Below are positions 28,200 to 36,326 of a stretch of 54,112 nt of DNA, piece by piece. The stretch lies in IMG/VR virus record IMGVR_UViG_3300049008_000030, positions 1-54,112 of that record; one strand, 5' to 3'. How positions within the stretch are numbered: position 1 is the first letter of the stretch; the number at the start of each line of letters is the position of its first letter. This DNA is from a virus. Taxonomy: Duplodnaviria > Caudoviricetes. Position numbers and translations under genes: made by a program. Below the pieces are notes generated by a model. It did no database searches and had not been told where the DNA came from. It saw nothing but the letters and a program-made list of their open reading frames with translations.

Positions 28200-29161
28200 C
28201 CTAGTGTTCATGTTACTGCGCTACTGTAACATCGAGCTTTTAACTCAGCTATAGCTTTCACTATAGAGCAGACTATATCATCATAGCTTAACGCTATGCC
28301 TACTACTTCCACCTCGCTTGAGGTGTACTCTACTCGCTTATTCTACCCTATCGTTAGGGTATATGCTTTCGATAGTCGTTGAGGATTACTTAATATTTTT
28401 GTAAGTTTGACCTTTCACAATTTTAGCCATTGCTGTTATAGAGGTTCCAAACATTAGTGCTAACGCTGTAGCACTAAAGTCTTTATCTCGCGGGATAAAC
28501 ACAGAGCGTACATATCTAACTTCCTCTTCAGTAAGTTTAGATTTATCTTTTAAGTTTGCTAAACATTTCTGCTTAGTCTCAGAAGTTTTATACGTTTGCT
28601 TTGTGTTTATACCCGCTTTATTCAAGCCAGTTCTAAAAGCATGTTGGATGTTCTCTTTAGGAGTACACCACTCAAGGTTACTTACATCATTATTTAATTT
28701 ATTACCATCTATATGGTTTACTTGGGTTTTCCCTTCAGGGTTGGGTAAAAAGGCTTTAGCTACAAGCTTATGAAGCATGAGAGTTCTATTTACTACACTC
28801 ACAGCTCTATACCCTCTATTATTTACTGTTGTGGCAAGCTCTTTTTCTGGTTTAAGTATTTCTTTAAACTCACCAGAAAACACCATGCCCTTACCAACCA
28901 AAGGTATTTTTAACTTTGATTGGCTGTAAATTCTACCTTCCGAAGTAACTCTGTATATCCCAGATGCCATGTCTTCAATATGCTCTTTCATTTTAATTCT
29001 CAATTTAAAAATGGTAGCCTTATTTTAACACAGAATTAAATTAACTACTAAGTCTTTCCTGCTGATTACCCAATCCTACGGCTTGTTCATCACCTTTCGG
29101 TTATACGTAGGCTCTAAGGGCTTTCCAGCATTTCAATAGGTTTAAAGAGAACTAACAGTTA
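28200..29161 (-). ncRNA. Group I intron (IA2-like), 962 nt
   Basis: P AAAUGCUGGAAAG, Q AAUCAGCAGG, R UCAACGACUA, S GAUAUAGUC; P1 GAGAAU/GUUCUC with U-G; terminal G at 28200. Confidence 0.9.
28386..29003 (-). CDS. Intron-encoded HNH homing endonuclease
   Basis: HKLVA.AF.PNP....QVNHIDGNKLNN.VSNLEW.T..EN..HA; C-terminal HTH-like segment. Confidence 0.92.
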   Translation of the reverse strand: MRIKMKEHIEDMASGIYRVTSEGRIYSQSKLKIPLVGKGMVFSGEFKEILKPEKELATTVNNRGYRAVSVVNRTLMLHKLVAKAFLPNPEGKTQVNHIDGNKLNNDVSNLEWCTPKENIQHAFRTGLNKAGINTKQTYKTSETKQKCLANLKDKSKLTEEEVRYVRSVFIPRDKDFSATALALMFGTSITAMAKIVKGQTYKNIK

Positions 29162-29272
29162 ATTCTCGCAATTTAAGTACATGACTCCTTCTGGGTTTCT
29201 GATGTTTCTTAAGCTTGCACTCTTTCCGGTAGTACTCTTACCTGAAATAAGTACGATGTTGTTATTTGCCAT
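29162..29272 (-). CDS. AAA ATPase, exon 1 (37 codons)
   Basis: Manual translation MANNNIVLISGKSTTGKSASLRNIRNPEGVMYLNCEN with Walker A GxxxxGKS. Confidence 0.88.
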
Positions 29273-29292
29273 ATTATTCTCTACTGGTTAAG

Positions 29293-31452
29293 TTAAGCGG
29301 CTACAGATAAAGCTTTCTTTGAGATTGCTTTTGCTGCAGATACTAAGATTGTGGACACAATTTCTGCATCATCTAATTTGTTTGGTAGTTTGTTGTTAAG
29401 AGCCAATAAGTTATTACGTATTGAATCCAATCCCATACCAGAGTCTACAAGAACTAAAGCATACTTGATTAACTGGTTGCTTCTATTACCTTCCCCGGTA
29501 TTGTTAACGAACCAGCGCTCTAAATTGCTTAGAGACTGTAGATCCAGTACACGTTGTTTCTGTGCATCACTCTTACTTGTTTTAGGGATAAACAATAGAG
29601 CATCCAGTAACTCACCATCGTTGTACCAGTAGTTACCTTTATGGGTTAGCCACTTTCTGCTTCGTTGGTTGGTTGCTGTATCTACTTTGAATGGGAGCCA
29701 ATCAAAGATATTTGCCATGAAGCTTTTGAACTCATTGCCGTCTAGGGCTAACTTATGCGATAGCGGTAGAATTATTCTAAAGCGATTCTCATTGGGTGTA
29801 TGGCGTTTAGTGGTGTATATTAAGAACTTGTAGTCTTGTAACAGCAATTTAGCTGTGTCTACAGAGACTTCGCCATCAACATCAATGACCACCATGTTAA
29901 ATCCAGGTATTACATTATCCTCTAATCTATAGTTACCTATGAAGTTATGGTTCGCCCAGTGTAAATTAGGGTGGTTAGTCATCTGGTGAAGTTTATCAAA
30001 GGGAGCCAAAGCTACTTCGTAGTTTTCAGCAAGTTGTGTACTATGCGACAGAATCATCTCATTCAAATTGGTTTGCTTCAAAGATTCTCCTTTCATAAAT
30101 TCAATACCTTCAATATAGTGTTTCTTAATGATGATATTGTTCTTGTAACCATAGGCTATTGCCAAGGTCATTAACTCTCTTTTCTGAGCTTCGCTACCTT
30201 TATAAAAAGGTAAGTCTTCCACTAAGTCTACGTGAGTTACTTCACGGTTTATTTCGGCAATGTACTTAGCCAGTTTTACATAGTTACGATCTCTAGTTAG
30301 TATTTTTGAGAACGCTTTACCTGAGTCTTCTACCAGCTTAATAGCGTTGTAGAGTATCTCTTCGGTAATCTCAAAGCTACCGGCAATAAAGGCATACGTA
30401 CCTGCAAGCTTTAAGGCTTTAAAGTACCTATGACTTAACTCCGCTTTTTGTATTTCTTCATGTTCTGGAAATGTTTCTGCTAGCTTTTCACAGTGCATTT
30501 TGTAGCTTAGTAGTTCAATACTAACTTCCCTGGACATAAGCGTAATCTTGTTAAAGTTTACTTTATCTGCAAGGTTGCCCAGCATATCAGACAAGTCAAC
30601 TAAGTCTTGTATGTCTGATTTGTCAGTAAGTATGTCGTATACTTGTTCTGGTGTAAGCTCTGCAACATTAGGCATCTTTCTACCAAAGCCAAATAAGCAG
30701 CGTCTAGCGTAGCCAGTGTCTAGCATGGAATAGAACTCTTCTTCTATCTTGCTGCCATTAAATAACTTAGAAGGTGTACCGAACAGCATAAGATTGGTAG
30801 GGGTTCTACCATCAATCTCTTCACTTCTAATACTTTCAGCAGTATTTTTAGTAAGCTTTTGTTTTACTTTACCTAAGTCAAATAATTCTAAGAAGACCGT
30901 AAAGGCTTCTGTATTGCCTAGCAAGTTACTACCTAGCTCATCCATCTCAAAGTTTACTGAGCCAGCATTAGCCATTAGTATCTTATGGCGCATTTGTTTG
31001 ATGGCAGGGGAAGATCCACTATCGAATGAGAACGCAAGCTCACCTGCTCTTTCAAACTCTTTTTGTACTTTGAGCAATTCTTCATCTGGATCGGTAGACT
31101 TCTTGTTAGATCTTTTTACAGCTAGTTTTGCTAGGTTCTCTTCGCTGACTAAAGGGAAGGTACTGCTTAAGAATGTCTCTCTGAATTTGTGCAGTACTTG
31201 CTCTTCTACGATAGTGGTTGCATGACCTTTACCAAAACCGCTAGTAGCTAGATTTATGGCATACAGACTTACTGGGATGATGCCTCTATCCGGTGTCTTA
31301 ACCGCACACCGCATCATAGAAGCCACTTTAGTAAAGTAGTATGCAGTTAAAACTCTAAAAAATAATGGGTCTTCACTTTGTGTTTTTTTGCATAAAACTC
31401 TTACAAGTTTTTCTGCTGGTTCAAAGTAACTCACCCCAGCTAAGTCTTTCAT
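29293..31452 (-). CDS. DNA primase (N4 gp43-like)
   Basis: NLATSGFGKG, MDE.GSNL, IDVDG, YTTKRHT...RFRI.LP, C-terminal G.RSNQLIKYA. Confidence 0.9.
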   Translation of the reverse strand: MKDLAGVSYFEPAEKLVRVLCKKTQSEDPLFFRVLTAYYFTKVASMMRCAVKTPDRGIIPVSLYAINLATSGFGKGHATTIVEEQVLHKFRETFLSSTFPLVSEENLAKLAVKRSNKKSTDPDEELLKVQKEFERAGELAFSFDSGSSPAIKQMRHKILMANAGSVNFEMDELGSNLLGNTEAFTVFLELFDLGKVKQKLTKNTAESIRSEEIDGRTPTNLMLFGTPSKLFNGSKIEEEFYSMLDTGYARRCLFGFGRKMPNVAELTPEQVYDILTDKSDIQDLVDLSDMLGNLADKVNFNKITLMSREVSIELLSYKMHCEKLAETFPEHEEIQKAELSHRYFKALKLAGTYAFIAGSFEITEEILYNAIKLVEDSGKAFSKILTRDRNYVKLAKYIAEINREVTHVDLVEDLPFYKGSEAQKRELMTLAIAYGYKNNIIIKKHYIEGIEFMKGESLKQTNLNEMILSHSTQLAENYEVALAPFDKLHQMTNHPNLHWANHNFIGNYRLEDNVIPGFNMVVIDVDGEVSVDTAKLLLQDYKFLIYTTKRHTPNENRFRIILPLSHKLALDGNEFKSFMANIFDWLPFKVDTATNQRSRKWLTHKGNYWYNDGELLDALLFIPKTSKSDAQKQRVLDLQSLSNLERWFVNNTGEGNRSNQLIKYALVLVDSGMGLDSIRNNLLALNNKLPNKLDDAEIVSTILVSAAKAISKKALSVAA

Positions 31453-31461
31453 GGGTTTTTC

Positions 31462-31791
31462 CTAATGTAGTATGTGTTGGGGTTTTTTGTTTTGTTGTTT
31501 CATGAGTTTCTGTTCTTCATAAGAAACCTCTACAACCTCCATTTCCTCTAGCGCAGCCAGAATGACTACCTCTACAAGTTCAGTAGCAGATTTTTCGTTT
31601 TCGTCTTTAAAGGTTTGTTCGGCTATAGTCCAGCCCTCCTCAGAGTTTTCAAAGGACGGTGATAGTGCGTAGCAAACCCCTAGACCTTTTGGTTGGCAGC
31701 AGTATTTAATAACTGGTTCACCATCGTCTGTGGCATCTAACATGACGAGGATTTGTCCGTGCTTAGTATTTTCGTATAGTTTTGCAAACAT
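31462..31791 (-). CDS. Hypothetical protein
   Basis: 109 aa; FAKL.....GQILV motif seen in phage hypotheticals. Confidence 0.6.
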   Translation of the reverse strand: MFAKLYENTKHGQILVMLDATDDGEPVIKYCCQPKGLGVCYALSPSFENSEEGWTIAEQTFKDENEKSATELVEVVILAALEEMEVVEVSYEEQKLMKQQNKKPQHILH

Positions 31792-31845
31792 TATGTTTCG
31801 CTTTTTGTAGTTTATCGGGGATGTTTAGTATATAGACTAAGTGGC

Positions 31846-32508
31846 TTAAGACAAGTCTTTTGATTTATATGGGCAATCAAAATAGGCTGTGCCTACAGGG
31901 AGGTTATCCCGGTCGATGCGCCCATTCCATATTCTGCTTAAGGTAGTTCTACTTTTATCTGTACCCATGTAAGTGTTAATAGCTTCTATCAGTTCCTCCA
32001 TTGTTTTCTTGTTTTTTGGGTTCTGCCTATTAAAGTTTTTCCAGTCTGTATGAGCATAGATAATAAAGTCATACATATACTGGGTTAGCTTGGTAGTATC
32101 AGATTTCTTTGGTGTGTTGCTCCTTACAGTAAGTTTTTCTGGTTCTGTGGTTGAACCAAGTAAATTATGTACTACAGTTGTAGCTTCAGATAGCGCGTCA
32201 GAGATAGTCTCAGATAACATACCCACAATTCTAGGTGCTATAGCCAAGACAACAGTTTTTAGTAGTAGTTGTAGCATCGCATAATCCTCGTTGAGTGTTA
32301 CCCTTTGATACGCAGATAAAAGTAGTAGTGTAGGTTCTTGGTCACTGGGTGGCATTACTACGCAGTAGTCTCCAAAGCCTGTTTCAGCAGCTTGAGTGGT
32401 AGCTAGGTGTAGACTCTCTGGGCATAGCCTTAAAGACCTAATATTCTCTTCCCAGTACAGAATGTCATTGTGTATTCCCCAAACTCCATTGTACTTTTGT
32501 ATGATCAT
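31846..32508 (-). CDS. Hypothetical protein with possible C-terminal DNA-binding helix
   Basis: 220 aa; DTTKLT...D.I and SRTTLSRIWNG. Confidence 0.5.
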   Translation of the reverse strand: MIIQKYNGVWGIHNDILYWEENIRSLRLCPESLHLATTQAAETGFGDYCVVMPPSDQEPTLLLLSAYQRVTLNEDYAMLQLLLKTVVLAIAPRIVGMLSETISDALSEATTVVHNLLGSTTEPEKLTVRSNTPKKSDTTKLTQYMYDFIIYAHTDWKNFNRQNPKNKKTMEELIEAINTYMGTDKSRTTLSRIWNGRIDRDNLPVGTAYFDCPYKSKDLS

Positions 32509-32520
32509 TTCAGTTATCCT

Positions 32521-33555
32521 TCATAGTCTTCCTGCTTCAGCTAAGGCAGCTCGTTGTTTACAAATAGTAGAAAAGTCACAGTAGTTACACGCCTTAACCT
32601 TGCCCGGTACTTCGAGGACTACACCAATGCCTCCTTTACTCGCCATGAACATAGCAGCTTCATAGCTGTCATCAAAGTTTTTGGTAGCCTTGGCTAGCTT
32701 GTAAGGGTTAGAGTAATACTTGTATTTAGTTGGGTCTTCCCATAATTCTTTAGAAGTACATTCAGGAATTTCTTCTTCGGGTTTACCTATGGCAGCGTCT
32801 AACTGCCTAAGTTTGTTGGTAACGAATCTTTCAGTTTCTTGTATCGACATGAGTGGAAACATCTTTTGTAGCATTTCTGCTTTAGGGTACAAAGGATTTG
32901 CTCGTGCAGCCATTGCTGTCCAGTCTTTGAAGTAGTACAAGATGGATAGCTGATCATCAGTAATCTTGGTTGGATTCAACCATTTATAGATGCTGCCTTG
33001 TTTGATGTAGGCATCATCGTTACTACCGGAGATATAACCAAAGGTTTTAGTGGTTTTCAGGTCGGTAACTCGACCATCAACGATAAGGTCATACTGTCCT
33101 GTAATCGTCCACCTATTAACCTTACGTTGCATTCTACCTTCAACATAGACTGGTATAATCTCTTTGCCTGCTATTGCATGGGCTTTAAGCTCAGACTCCG
33201 AAGGATTGATTCTTAGTTGACTGATGACCTTATCAGGGTAGCCAAGAGCTTTCATGGATCGCTCATAATTATTCTTCCAAGCATCCTCTAAGCTGGCATG
33301 GATCGCTTGTCCTACCCTACTTGCCATTCTTGAACTCAGGGTTTGTAGGGCTATTTCTGGGTTATCTACACTCTTGGCTAAGAAGCTAAACGCTAGTTGT
33401 TTTACTGGTTTAAGTAAACTGGTAGCTGATATGGTGAATGGATCAGGGTTATGTGCGTATTCGTCATTAGCCAGCCATACGGCTAATGCTAATGGTATGT
33501 TGGAATCATTTGTATATAGCTGCATAGTATCCTCTATTGAAAATTTGTAGGACAA
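32521..33555 (-). CDS. PD-(D/E)XK (Cas4-like) exonuclease (N4 gp42-like)
   Basis: LAVWLA.D.Y, ISATSLLKP, ITGQYD...D.K, Q.SIY.WL, C-terminal C..C...C; true start may be the second Met. Confidence 0.85.
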   Translation of the reverse strand: MSYKFSIEDTMQLYTNDSNIPLALAVWLANDEYAHNPDPFTISATSLLKPVKQLAFSFLAKSVDNPEIALQTLSSRMASRVGQAIHASLEDAWKNNYERSMKALGYPDKVISQLRINPSESELKAHAIAGKEIIPVYVEGRMQRKVNRWTITGQYDLIVDGRVTDLKTTKTFGYISGSNDDAYIKQGSIYKWLNPTKITDDQLSILYYFKDWTAMAARANPLYPKAEMLQKMFPLMSIQETERFVTNKLRQLDAAIGKPEEEIPECTSKELWEDPTKYKYYSNPYKLAKATKNFDDSYEAAMFMASKGGIGVVLEVPGKVKACNYCDFSTICKQRAALAEAGRL

Positions 33556-33575
33556 ACCGAAGGTTTGCTTATAAG

Positions 33576-33797
33576 TTATGTCGGTATCGTTTTAAGCTTG
33601 TTTACCGCCTCTGGGTTGTTATTGTAGTCCGACCCCATCCAGATATTCGCGTAAGATAGGTATACCCATACTCGTTTAGATGTCCCATCGGAGAATGGTA
33701 TGTCTTCTTGCTTGTAGAATTGCTGTGGTGTTTCCCCATCACACATAACGCTATAATGTGTGGCCCCATATTTTTGGTTAATTTCCTTAGGTGTCAT
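33576..33797 (-). CDS. Hypothetical protein
   Basis: 73 aa, GGGGA RBS; GATHY motif. Confidence 0.6.
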   Translation of the reverse strand: MTPKEINQKYGATHYSVMCDGETPQQFYKQEDIPFSDGTSKRVWVYLSYANIWMGSDYNNNPEAVNKLKTIPT

Positions 33798-33824
33798 AAA
33801 TCTTCCCCATAATTAATTGTTTGC

Positions 33825-34685
33825 TTACAGTTGGTGTCTGTACTGTGACCACCCTTTACTGTTTCCTGATAGTCTATGGCCTGAAATAGAGAGGGCTGTT
33901 ACACCTTTTGTACTGAAGCCACTTATAGGTGTCAGTACACTTTCAAAGGGTGAAGCGTGTATGGGTGTTGAGGTAGCTAATTTATCAAAGATTGCGAAAG
34001 CTTTACCTATCGAGCTGTTTGTGTTTCTGTAAGACACCTGAGCTATGCAGCTTACTGATACTTGCTTGGCACTATAACTGCTTAAACCGTTACCATAGAT
34101 TAGCTCACCAGTAGAGGATCTATTGTGTTCTACGTAGGGCGTATGCCATTCACCTTCAGCAAGCTCTTCTCTATCGCAGTTATCTAAAGCAATCCTCAGT
34201 TTCTTAGCGACTGCTTGGATCTCAGGTTGAGCATCTTTGTGGTCACGTAACGCTAGGAAGTTATCAAAGCTGGTAGAGGTCACGATGGTCTTCATGTAGG
34301 AGATGTACTCAAGGTTTCTATTGGCAAGCTGCTTATGTACGCCTACAGCGTTAAGCAGGGTTGCACCTAATAGATTGATATGTCCACCGATGATCCATAA
34401 GGACTTAGCTAGAAAGCGTCTTACACCGGTAAGTTCTTCCTTGGCTTGCATACCTGATTGGTTCTTGCCCCAGTAAATAGGAACAAACATATTCTTACGA
34501 ATATTACTGATCATGGTTTTGACTGGGATAGCTCTGCTAGATGCTGCATTACGGGAAAACTCCCGATGTGTCATCATTTCTGCATGAATGATCCGAGGGT
34601 ACTCCAGCTCCAGTGTTGTCACTGGCATACCCTTATGGCTAGATGCTGCAATTACTTTTACTGTGGTGCTGTTATCAATATTCAT
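33825..34685 (-). CDS. thyX: Flavin-dependent thymidylate synthase
   Basis: YPR.IHAE.MTHR.FSRNAASSRAIP, HKQ.ANR, AQPEI, HASPFE. Confidence 0.92.
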   Translation of the reverse strand: MNIDNSTTVKVIAASSHKGMPVTTLELEYPRIIHAEMMTHREFSRNAASSRAIPVKTMISNIRKNMFVPIYWGKNQSGMQAKEELTGVRRFLAKSLWIIGGHINLLGATLLNAVGVHKQLANRNLEYISYMKTIVTSTSFDNFLALRDHKDAQPEIQAVAKKLRIALDNCDREELAEGEWHTPYVEHNRSSTGELIYGNGLSSYSAKQVSVSCIAQVSYRNTNSSIGKAFAIFDKLATSTPIHASPFESVLTPISGFSTKGVTALSISGHRLSGNSKGWSQYRHQL

Positions 34686-34688
34686 CTT

Positions 34689-34970
34689 CTATTGTCCCCG
34701 TATAAAATTAATGAGTGGTCTAGGAAATACTTTAGTAATCTTTATATTAGCTGCATGTAGAGCTATTTTTAGCCCTTCTATCTCATGCTCTAATTCGTGT
34801 AAATGTTTTAGTAGCGCTTGGTTCCTTTCGTCTTTAGCGTGATTGTTAAGCGTTAATATATTCTTTGACCTGGTGGTATAATCAAGTTCATGCTCTACCA
34901 GTTTCAGTGCTTTAGCCAATTCATTGCATCGTATCTTATGGCGATAGATGAATGCGGTTATCCTATTCAT
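34689..34970 (-). CDS. Hypothetical coiled-coil protein
   Basis: 93 aa, GAGGAG RBS, overlaps polymerase stop. Confidence 0.55.
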   Translation of the reverse strand: MNRITAFIYRHKIRCNELAKALKLVEHELDYTTRSKNILTLNNHAKDERNQALLKHLHELEHEIEGLKIALHAANIKITKVFPRPLINFIRGQ

Positions 34971-36096
34971 TTATTAACTCCTCTAAATATTTTTTATGGG
35001 CTGCTCTACCGATTGCAGTTATTTCTGCTTGGGTAGAGCGGTTAGGTAGTTTTGCTGATACTTCCCATGAGGGGTAGAAGATCTCTGCGGTAGCACTGAT
35101 CTTTACGATGTCATGTCGTATCTCTGGTAAGCCTGTCCAAGACATGCACTCAATAAGATTATTGTTGAACCATTCAATACATTCAGCGTTGTCTGCTACT
35201 GAGAAGTACTGACTGTCATGGATCGCACAGATAGGTAGAATGTCTAGCGCATAGGGAGAACCCCATATACGCCTTTGAAATGCTACTGCTGCTCTGCTAT
35301 TAAGCATCCCATAACTTTGTCCTAAAGCATTACCTGCTGTCCTAGATTCAGCTTTAGCTTCATAGGGTACTGAGCTACTGGTTAAGATTGATTGAGCCAA
35401 GATAGGTGTTCGTAGTCTTAGTCCGAAGGCTAGTTTTACGTAGCCGTTCTTAGTAGCTTCGATTAATTTGGTTTGTACCCACTCATCGGATACCTTATAA
35501 AGCTCGTGGTAGTTTCTTTCTATTTCTAGTGCTTCTAGTTTTTTGAAACCAACATTAGCAATTAAGCCATGATAGGTCCCCCCGTAGGTTAATAAAAAAG
35601 TTGGTGCTTTTGATGCTTGTCTTAGCTTAGGAAATAAATCTGCTATTGAGTTTATGCTTTCAACGGTATCTATGATTCCAGCTAGTTGATCCCTAAAGTA
35701 AGCAAACGCTCTTAGGCTGTGACCATCATAGCCATCGGTATACACCTTTAGTTTGTTAGGGTCTTTCGTAGTAAGAGCAGATATCTTATCTTCCAAGGAA
35801 TCAAAATCTGCTCCTATCATTACTCTACCTTTGGGGGACTTGAAGCATGACTTTATTAACTTGCCATAGGTAGATCCACTAGGTAAGTTAGTTAAATTGG
35901 GATTAGAGCTAGATTGCCTACCCGATTTCGTTCCTGTTATATTGAAGTTACCATGAAGATAGTAATTACCATCTTCCTTTAGTACGCTATTCTCTTTGAG
36001 GGCTTTAATGAATGTACCGAGTATCTTAGCTGCCTCTGCATATTTAATGAGTGCTTTAAGTACTCTAGCTGCTTGTATGGCTTCATCTCTGGTCAT
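34963..36096 (-). CDS. DNA polymerase family A, C-terminal catalytic part
   Basis: GT.SGR.SSSNPNL.N.P, motif A GADFDSLE, motif B RQASKAPTFLLTYGG, motif C IHDSQY; own GAGGA RBS. Confidence 0.93.
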   Translation of the reverse strand: MTRDEAIQAARVLKALIKYAEAAKILGTFIKALKENSVLKEDGNYYLHGNFNITGTKSGRQSSSNPNLTNLPSGSTYGKLIKSCFKSPKGRVMIGADFDSLEDKISALTTKDPNKLKVYTDGYDGHSLRAFAYFRDQLAGIIDTVESINSIADLFPKLRQASKAPTFLLTYGGTYHGLIANVGFKKLEALEIERNYHELYKVSDEWVQTKLIEATKNGYVKLAFGLRLRTPILAQSILTSSSVPYEAKAESRTAGNALGQSYGMLNSRAAVAFQRRIWGSPYALDILPICAIHDSQYFSVADNAECIEWFNNNLIECMSWTGLPEIRHDIVKISATAEIFYPSWEVSAKLPNRSTQAEITAIGRAAHKKYLEELINE

Positions 36097-36129
36097 GTGT
36101 ATAGTTCCTCATAATTATTCTCCTCATCT

Positions 36130-36320
36130 GTTAGGTTGCACATTGAAAACATCTGGTTACTGTCCCATTAGACGCACCGCGCGATACGTTTAAAGTCGAT
36201 TTTCTATTCCGCTTTTGAGTGCTGCAAGACTCTCAAAACATTAGCTTTTTGGCAGTGCTTGCAACTCCCCAAAAAGCACGGTCAATTTCCTTCGCAAATG
36301 TTTTCAATGTGCAACCTAAC
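36130..36320. repeat. 191-bp element bounded by perfect 23-bp inverted repeats (MITE-like or structured RNA)
   Basis: GTTAGGTTGCACATTGAAAACAT at 36130-36152 and its exact reverse complement at 36298-36320; three internal hairpins. Confidence 0.9.
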
Positions 36321-36326
36321 TCATCA

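Noticed and set aside
33553-33567. CAAACC-GAA-GGTTTG hairpin as a vRNAP promoter
   Set aside because: Has the cGAAg triloop but lacks the N4 stem G and the CC start spacing; lies among middle genes
35580-35625. Polymerase motif B residue 762 as a lifestyle marker
   Set aside because: It is the ordinary Phe (KAPTF), so it does not support or exclude lysogeny
36130-36320. Retron msr-msd, CRISPR mini-array, integron attC or intron reading of the inverted-repeat element
   Set aside because: No reverse transcriptase in the window and no long msd stem; only 4 nt between the twin hairpins; GTTRRRY/RYYYAAC are in the wrong order for attC; no group I/II core
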